Assembly: GCF_030684315.1 (NCBI RefSeq)
Contig: NC_081391.1
Location: 14,175,342-14,239,341 of the forward strand
Length of the DNA: 64,000 nt
Direction of reading: 5' to 3'
Source of the DNA: Stegostoma tigrinum
Taxonomy: Eukaryota
Shown here in pieces: positions 1 through 7,757 of the stretch. The translations under genes and the position numbers were made by a program. The notes under the pieces are model-generated. The model was given only the letters and a program-made list of their open reading frames with translations, ran no database searches and was not told where the DNA came from. The first letter of the stretch is position 1. Each line of letters opens with the position of its first letter.

Positions 1-707
1 TGTCCAAATCCCTCTTAAACAGTTAAATCCCTATAAATCGTTCCATCCCACATACATGTCCAAAGTCTTGAAATTGTACGCAAACCTCTCGTTTCTGTTG
101 GCAGCTTCTTCCAGACACGCACCGCCCTCTTTGTGAAAACGTTCCCCCTCAGTCCCTTTTAAATGTCCCTTTTAAATCTTGCCCCTCTTCCCTCAAACCG
201 ATGACCTCTAGTTTTGGACTCCTCCTACCCTGTCCCAGCATGCTTTTTTATATACAGTCAATCTCGAGTGTGCCAATGGCAAGGCTACATTTAGTGCTCA
301 GCAACTGTTACACTTCAGGAGGTGGTGATGAGCTGCTTATTACAGTCCACCTGGTGTGGGAGAGACCGGAATGATGCTGCTGCTGCTGCTGCAGAGGGGC
401 TTCTGGGATTTTCAATCTCAAACAGGGATCGTGTTCCTGGCGATAGATTTACTTCAAGCTGCTTGAGTGAGGTAGGGGCTGCACTGAGCCAGAAAATTCT
501 GAACTGTTCCATAAATATTCATTAACACATCCTGACCCCACTGTTATACGTGGTGGACAGGCTTTGGAAAGTCAAAAGTTGAATACTTTGGAACAGAGTT
601 CCCAGCCTGTGACCTACCAGTTTCTGAGCTGTATGTTCAGCAGAATGCAATGTAAACAGCACCAGACACTCTCTGCTCAGAAACAGACTGGAGTTAAGCG
701 CTAACAC

Positions 708-935
708 GGTGGAGCTGGATGAACACAGCAGGCCAGGAAGCATCAGAGGATCAGGAAAGCTGATGATTCAGATAGGGACCCTTCTTCAGTAAAGGAAGAT
801 TCAGCACATTTCTGAAGAAGCTTCCTGACCCGAAACATCAGCTTTCCTGCTCCTCTGATGCTGCCTGGCCTGCTGTGTGCATCCAGTTCCACATTGTGTT
901 ATCTCTGACTCCAGCAACAGCAGTTCTTACTATCC
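708..935. mobile_element. Inverted pair of Penelope-like terminal repeats with decayed hammerhead cores (paralogs about 33968-34190 and 48727-48950; solo arm about 19630-19760)
   Basis: ggagctggatgaacacagcaggccagg...cccttcttcag (711-789) is the reverse complement of ctgaagaag...cgaaacatcagctttcctgctcctctgatgctgcctggcctgctgtgtgcatccagttcc (812-890). Confidence 0.6.
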
Positions 936-1459
936 GTGAGGAAGTTCAGCGCTGGTCATCCTCGAAGTGATTAAAAACTGAACACGGAGATAAAAGTGCT
1001 GAACGTGCAGTATAATTCTCACAGCTATCTCCTGGTCCATTTACGTATAGAGCCTGAGGCCTGTTGTGTGTCTGAGACACTCAGCACCTTTCGCATTTTG
1101 ATTTTTCAATCTGGCCTACTCAGATCCACAGTCGACGAGATCTCGGCAGATTCAGAATGGATCCACGATGTACATCAGTTGTCTGTACTAAATGGTCCGT
1201 AAGCACATGGATTCTGTTGCTGTAGCGCAATAGGAAAATGTTTACTGTTGACAAAATCTGGCCATTTCTCACTGGGCTCCAACACTGTTGTTCAAAAGGT
1301 ATAAAGACTAATCCCTCAGAGTAACAAACTGACAGAATTCAGCAAATCTGTGATGAGTGTTTATTAAGAAATAGCCTCAGATACAAAAGCGAAGTTTTAG
1401 AGTGTATTTTATTCTCATTTTCAGGGAGATGTACTTCCAGAATTTGCACTTGTGCAGGA

Positions 1460-1640
1460 GGTCAATCAGCAATTCCATCATCGACCAGTTGTCAATTCTG
1501 ATCGGTTTCTGGATCCAATTCCCATCCTGCACTGATTGGACGTGGCAGCTGATCAATTGATTAACAAGAGTGATTGGCCATCACTGATGATGTCATTTCC
1601 TGCTTCATAAAATGATGGTCTGCATTGGGGTATAAATAAT
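1460..1640 (+). promoter_or_regulatory. Proximal promoter of ferritin copy 1 (largely conserved upstream of all eight copies)
   Basis: Maf-type half site TCAGCAATT (1466), inverted CCAAT boxes CTGATTGG (1532) and GTGATTGG (1570), ACGTG core (1540), CAGCTG E-box, CRE-like TGATGTCA (1588), ETS-type ATTTCCTG (1595), TATAAA (1631). Function is inferred from motif and cross-copy conservation only. Confidence 0.65.
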
Positions 1641-1733
1641 GTCCTAAGAGAGTGATGTTTTAGGTGTAGTTGGTTTTCTTTCCAAGTTTGTTGTTTTGTT
1701 GTGCTGGGTTAGGAAAGCTGTTTGTGTCACAAG

Positions 1734-4700
1734 ATGGCCTCCCAAATCAGTCAGAACTATCACCAGGATTGTGAAGCTGCTGTCAACAAGCAGATTAATG
1801 TGGAGCTCACTGCCTCCTATCTCTATCAGTCTTTGGTGAGTGCTGTCCCTGTGGTGTTGGAGTTAAATCTGTTCTGGTTAAGTGCACTGTTTTTCTTGTT
1901 TGTAACTAACTTGGAACTACTGTAGATAGTGTTTTATATTTCCCTCCTATTTAAACACCAGGAGAAATCTAATGCTATTAGAAAAATGCGGTATGACACT
2001 GATATACAGTAACTAGGCCCCTATTGACTTTCAGTGACTGTCTGGTGGGTGAAGTGCTTTGAGAAATACATCTTGTAATTCACTGTCAGGATTGTGACTG
2101 GCAGTAACTGTCACTATCTCTGAAGATTATCATAACTTGACAGTACTTTAGAAAGAAGATAACTGAGCGTGGGGCTGGATAAACACAACAGGCCCAGCAG
2201 CATCTCAGGAGCATAAAAGCTGATGTTTTGTGCCTGGACCCTTCGTGCTGCTTGGCCTGCTGTGTTCATCCTGCCTGATGCTTTGTTTTCTTGGATTCTC
2301 CAGCTTTTGCTGTTCCCATTATTTGAGTCTTTTAGAAAGAAGCTGGGCTAACCATTAGTTCGTTAGCCTCCTGTTCTAATCTGTCCTGGTGTATCTGTTT
2401 TGTCTTGTGATGGATGTAAGCAAACCAGGGTTATATTTCCTGTTGGAGAAAGGTGTCATAGTGACTGTCCAGAATAACCAAATCTGATTTGCCTCAGCCT
2501 TCAGGGTTGGGCTGTGACTCCCTGCCTGTTCAAATAGGTTTCCAGTGAGGCGTGTTTTGGCTTTTTGCTCTCCTCCATGAGGTGGGTGTGACCCATTCTC
2601 TCTCAACCTACAGACAATTGATCTGCTGTAGTGTGATATATTGGAGCCTCCTGGGTCTACAGGAATGTGCTGAGCTTGTTGAGCCAGCGAAACAAGGCTT
2701 TTCCCATACCACCTCTCCTGGTCTGAAACAAGCCAGCCCCTTTCACCAGCTGGTGGTGTGCCTGTGCCTTTCCAAGGGGGAGAATATGTTTGGAAGGTGA
2801 GAGCTGCAGGGGCCCTGGGAGATAATGGTCCCTGAAAAGGAGGTGGTGAATGCAGTCCCCATGAAGTGGGCTGCTCTGTTCTGGATGCTGTCTGCTTCTT
2901 GCATGTTGTTAGCTCCACTTCTCCAGACACATGGAGAATACTCATCACTCACTGGGCTTGTGCCTGTTGGAAGGAAGTAGTTTCCAATGACATGAGGATC
3001 AAGTCCCTGTAAGCCCACTTTGGGAGATGGGAACAGCTTTCCCTGCTGAACCAGGTGGGTTTTAATCACTGGCCAGTGTCCCTACTCAACAGGGGATTGT
3101 GCTAGTATAAAATCCTCACTATTCTTCACATGTCACATCATGTAACAACCCAATTAAATCACACTTTAATCCACCAAGGCAAACTGTCAAGAGCAACTTC
3201 TCACCAGGTTTCTTCCCTCAGAACAATCCTCATCTGCTTTATGAAGCAGCCAATAAAGTGTTCACTGTTATTCCAGCTTGTTATTCAAGTGTGAATGTCA
3301 GTTTAGAATGAGTGCAAGGGGTGGGTCAAGTCTAGAATTTGACCTGTACAAATGGGTCAAATCAGGTTTTCCAGCTTCATGTTAACGAGTGACATGATCT
3401 GCAGAACAATAGTTCATCTAAAGGTCTCTCTGACCTTGCTTCAGTTTGTTTTATGCAGTGATGCTTGTTTGCAAGCTTCTAGATGTGAGTGTGCTACATA
3501 AATGGGTGTAGTAGCCTATTGCAGTAACAATCTAATGGCTGTCACTGGGCAGGATTTCTTTTGCAGAATCTTGGTTCCACTTTTGCTCTTTCTCCCCCCA
3601 TAATGCCAACAGCATCTCTTGCAGAGCGATCATCCAATCCGATTGATTTCCAGGTTGTAGAAGACTCGCTCCCTCCTGGCTATATTATTACAGCAGTGCC
3701 CAGTGTCTGTATGTTACTTTAGCCCCAAAGGAGAAATGTAGTGTTGTGCAGCTGCCCCACCCTGAGTCCATCCTGCGCACCAACTCCTGGCCATTCCTCC
3801 AATTCTGTGACATCCATCAGTGGAAACATGAATTCAGCTTTTCTCAGCATATGCTGTGCCAGACCACCCCCACCCTGAGCAATTTGATAGTGCTTTCAAA
3901 CCCAAACATGGTATCTGGAGGAAGCTGGGTTTGTCTAGATTGATCCAGTTAACAGATCTGCCGGCAAATTGAACCTCACTAGGTTCACAGGCCAATTTTG
4001 TGTAGCCACACTTTGACAGCTGGCCGAACCTTCAGTTTGCTTTTGAAGGATAAACCAGGTCTGCAGTTCTGAACTATATTCAGGCCCAGTGGTACATTTT
4101 AATGGGCTTTAACTTGTTCCCTCTCCCTTCCAGATGTCCTACTTTGACCGGGATGATGTTGCCCTCCCTCGTTTCTCCCGGTTCTTCAAAGATCAGTCCC
4201 AGGAGAAGCAGGAACATGCGGAGAAGCTGCTGAAATTCCAGAATCAGCGTGGAGGCAGAGTCCTCCTCCAGGATGTGAAGGTTGGAGTTGGGAAGAGATG
4301 GTTGGGTGGAGTGAGGTTTAAGTCAATGACCAGCATGTCTCTCACTGAAAAGTGAGACATGCTACCATTTGGCTTCCCGGTTTCTCCTGAAATACCAGAA
4401 ATCCCATAAACAAGCCCTTTGGCCCACCATGCCTATGCTGACCCAACAAACACCCAACCACATTAATCCCATCTACCTGCACTTGGACTGCAGCCCACGA
4501 TGAGCTGGCATTAGGTAGTTGTCCAGATGTTGCTGGAGTAGCTGCCTTCACTCGGGTGTTGCATTTCACAAACCTACTTCTGTTTTTTAGGAGGAGTTGG
4601 AGGTGGTGGGTTCCTCCAACCTGGAGCCTCACCTGCACCCCCTCCAGTGTTTATCCTGTCCCTGTGATTGTGGTTCTGGTCACCACACTGGCCAGGTCAA

Positions 4701-6170
4701 AGATGGAAGACAATGCTGCCTAGTTTCTGACCAGACTTGGGCCACGCAATAGGGACAGGCATCATGTCGGCCACCGTCACTTTCTGGTTGACCTTTGCTG
4801 ATCCTTGAGGGGTCAATGGTCTTGGGCACTTTGGTATCTCTGCTCCTTACCATTTAAAAACCCTGCTGTCCCTTGAATGAATCAAACAGTGATGTTTCTG
4901 ATCCTGCTGCTCAGACAGATATGAAACAAATGGCACAGGTGGGACTTCAACCTGGGCCTTGTGTACCAGACACAGGGACAGTACCACAGCACCAAGAGCC
5001 CTTGGGATTAGGCTGTGCATGTCCTGATCCAAACTCCAGCAGATAGACACTGGTGTAATCCACACCAGGGTGCAAATTAAATCCTTATCCCCACAATGAC
5101 ATGGTCCTGGACTTCCCCATTCAGATCAAGGACAAATGGGGCAAGGTGAAAGCAGTTCCCAAGTAACTTTGATCTTCATGTGGACCTCAGGGATGGCACA
5201 GTGGCTCAGAGATCAGCACTGCTGCCTCAGTGCCAGGGACTCAGGTTTGGTTCTGGCCTTGGGTGAATGATTGGAATTCACATTTCTCCCTGCATGGGTT
5301 TCCTCCCACAGTCCAATGATGTGCTGGTTAGGAGGATAGGTCATGGGAAGTGAGGGGTTGCAGAATTGGGTGGGAGTCTTTTCAGGGGGTATTGATGGTC
5401 TCAATGGGCTGAATGGTCTGCTCCCATGCTGCAGGGATTCTGTTTCTGAAGCTTAACTGTACTTCTGTCCATCCTCAGAAGCCAGAGAGGGATGAGTGGG
5501 GTAACAGCCTGCAGGCAATGCAGGTTGCCCTGGATCTGGAGAAGAATGTGAACCAGAGTTTGCTGGATCTACACCAACTCGCCACAGCCCAGACTGACCC
5601 TCATGTAAGCTTCATCTCCTCCTCATTCTCATCACTGCTGGACCCTCAGGGCAACACTTCATTGGTTGGTCTTTGTGGTTTGGAAATTCACTGCTGAAAC
5701 AGTTTTTGTCTGGATATGACATTGCTATCACTGTATTCACTCCAGGTACAATGTCACACCTGCTCAGCAATGAGTGACATGGGGAATTTGGGTTATAATC
5801 TAGTGGGAGTGCTGAAGTGATATTGGCCACTGAATTCCCATTCGGGGCCACTCGAGTTGAAATACTCGTGTCCTCACTGGCACTAACTCTCCAGCTATCG
5901 GCTGCACTTTGAGGACTGTCTGGAGTTAGTTATGGCTGAGTCTCTTGCAGTGGGAATTCTGAAATTGTCCTGTGCCATGTTAATGCACCCAGTTGTCATA
6001 TTCCTCTGTTGCAGCTGTGTGACTTCCTGGAGACTCACTATTTGGATGAGGAGGTGAGGATCATCAAGCAACTTGGGGACTACATCACCAACCTGAAGCG
6101 CCTGGGAGCCCCTGAGAATGGGATGGGAGAGTACCTGTTTGACAGGCTCTCCCTGGAGGACAGCAGTTAG
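1734..6170 (+). CDS. Ferritin subunit, copy 1 (type A), L-like; exons 1734-1835, 4134-4280, 5479-5604, 6015-6170; 176 aa, intact
   Basis: Spliced product [34 protein letters not shown]|[49 protein letters not shown]|[42 protein letters not shown]|[55 protein letters not shown] introns at the vertebrate ferritin positions; TATAAA 1631; AATAAA 6298. Confidence 0.96.
2168..2320. mobile_element. Inverted Penelope-like terminal repeat in intron 1 of type A/B copies (also about 12463-12615, 35425-35578, 50178-50328, 59688-59838)
   Basis: gctggataaacacaacaggcccagcagca...gacccttc followed by tgctgcttggcctgctgtgttcatcc; the centre is deleted. Confidence 0.55.
2620..2975 (-). mobile_element. Old non-LTR retrotransposon C-terminal remnant in intron 1 (types A, B, C)
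   Basis: Frameshifted translations [13 protein letters not shown] and [15 protein letters not shown] resemble the MEYSPxxW...LDxIQxKAARLIG region after LINE RT domains; paralogs about 12900-13270, 21250-21630, 35870-36230, 50620-50980, 60120-60495. Confidence 0.5.
5190..5442 (+). mobile_element. HE1-type tRNA-derived SINE (decayed) in intron 2 of copy 1
   Basis: ggatggcacagtggctcaga...agcactgctgcctcagtgccagggac head (A/B-box-like), gggtttcctcccacagtccaa core, CR1-like tail atgggctgaatgg...ggattctg. Confidence 0.75.
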
Positions 6171-6208
6171 TGTGGCCTGGAGTACTGTCTGCTTGGTCTG
6201 AATGCATT

Positions 6209-6252
6209 CCCCACTTCACCCTGGGCAATCTGTCTCCTTCCAGGGAGAAGGG
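6209..6252 (+). other. Predicted 3'UTR stem-loop conserved in all eight copies
   Basis: CCCC-A-CTTC-A-CCCTGG [15 nt] CCAGGG-A-GAAG-GG(G). Confidence 0.5.
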
Positions 6253-6297
6253 ACTTGGAGCAAAGAATGTAATGGCTGTACCAGCTGAATGAAAATG

Positions 6298-6303
6298 AAT
6301 AAA
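6298..6303 (+). terminator. Polyadenylation signal AATAAA of copy 1 (paralogs 16763, 24784, 32527, 39559, 47281, 54298)
   Basis: AATAAA about 128 nt after the stop codon, followed by TG-rich sequence, in every complete copy. Confidence 0.75.
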
Positions 6304-6469
6304 ATCATGTGTTGATCTTGCTTATTGCCCATCATTCAGAGCCCTGTATAATTTTGGTAGTTATCCTGAGAGATTGAAGCATTTAATTTTTCTGCAGTTT
6401 GATTTTGCTGATCAAATTACTAATTGGGCTAAACATCTCATTGGTTCTATCCTCCATCCCACTCCGTCC

Positions 6470-7745
6470 TCTGTCAGACAGGGATTACAAGAGGAGGTTG
6501 CTCTGGCCAGTGAATCAATGATATTCCGCCAAGCAGAACTTGAGGATATTGGGATATTTGTCGGGTGGAACTTGCTCTTAGCAGTTGTGTTTTTATAAAA
6601 TTGCATTTCTGGATGTGATGCATACAATGGGAGCGGGGGAAAAAAATCTTCCCTCTTATGGAAAGGGAGTTCTCCTGCTCTTCACAAAGGAAGAGGAGAC
6701 ACCCAGTCTCATGAATATCTGACAACCCTGTTTCCACGTTCACTTTGTCTGTCAAAGAGCTTTGCTTTTTTTCCCCCTCCCCACAAGCAAAGATTTATTG
6801 CTGATGCGAAAGGAAAATGCCAATTTGAAGACAAAGCGAAGTGAGCTGGTACTGCAATAGTTGCTGTTACTGAAGGCCTAACCATGGAGGTGGTGGGATG
6901 AGCTCATTGGGCAACAATGCCTTCTTTCTTGGGCAGGGGAGAATACAATGACAGTAAATTGTCCTGGCACTGTAAGGATTCACCTATAGATGTAGCTTCA
7001 GGCAGAGCTAAGGGTCAAACCAGCACTGGGACATGTACTATTGGTTATGGGTTTTTCCTTCCCCACTCACCCACCAGAGCCTCCCCTAATCCTGCCGTTA
7101 GCAATTGGGCATGTTGGCCTGCTCATGCTTCCTTCGTCTGAGATAAATATGCTGGTCCTACTGGTCGCTTTGATTCACTACCCACTGCAATCAGGGAGTT
7201 AATCCCCAGTGGGGCCATGTTTCCCAGAAGCAACCCAAAGTTGTCCTGATGTGGCTTATTCATTCCTCTTTTCTTTGCCTGTTTATAGGATTCTCTTCAG
7301 AATCAGCACATTCTCTCATTGCCACCTCCACCAGGAGAAGAGTGGCCTGGGAGTAACACAGCTACGCTCATGGATACATGCTGCTGTTTGATTGGCTCTT
7401 GCTGCTAAAGCCAGCATTGAGCACACTCAGCTGCTCCCTACGTTCCTCTGAGCTTCCCCTGTGCTTGCAGGTTGCCTTGACGCAGTGATGGAGAATGAGC
7501 AGCGATTTCTGTTCAACTTGGGAATGGTGTGACTGAGGGAGGAAACCTGGAGCTGCATACCATCCTGTACGGCTGATTACTTCATCATTTGAGCTGTCAG
7601 AGACGTTTTGGGGATTACCGCTGCGTTTTGCAGCTCCTGCTCAATACAGCCTTTGTAGTGGGCACGGCTCTAATGTGACTCAACATATCTGTTACGTCAC
7701 ACAAATCCTTTTTATTTTGACCAATCTTAGTTCTTGGCGATGGTG
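6470..7745 (+). mobile_element. Highly decayed L1/Tx1-like LINE remnant 3' of type A/C genes
   Basis: Fragments FLFSWPVYRI...HQEKSGLGV and LHTILYG...SLWRGH resemble the L1/Tx1 FIW...GGLGVP and VLYG...LWxxRN C-terminal motifs; paralogs about 24955-26075, 39730-40850, 54485-55755, partial 18005-18350. Recognised by eye only. Confidence 0.35.
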
Positions 7746-7757
7746 CCCCAGTTAGCC

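Noticed and set aside
152-177. 13-nt tandem duplication gtcccttttaaat x2
   Set aside because: A private slippage event inside a CR1 fragment; no functional evidence.
322-525. Recurrent small ORF MVMSCLLQSTW...AAAA...
   Set aside because: Recurrence follows from the duplication. Length and C-terminus vary, copy 6 has an early TGA, the poly-Ala is a variable (GCT)n microsatellite, and no domain is recognisable.
1541-1560. ERSE (CGTGG-N9-ATTGG) or MRE (TGCRCNC) in the promoter
   Set aside because: Spacing is N10 and the box reads ATTGA; the MRE candidates read TGCACTG and TGCACTT. These are near misses only.
2376-2948. 190-aa antisense ORF in intron 1 and similar 100-220-aa ORFs elsewhere
   Set aside because: Frames are not conserved between paralogous copies, and they overlap decayed LINE remnants.
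4134-4355. Stand-alone short ORFs beginning MSYFDRDD or containing KPERDEW
   Set aside because: These are ferritin exons 2 and 3 read into introns. The ATG merely follows the acceptor CAG and is CTG in copy 8.
5190-5265. tRNA gene
   Set aside because: tRNA-like A/B boxes belong to a decayed HE1 SINE head; no cloverleaf can be formed.
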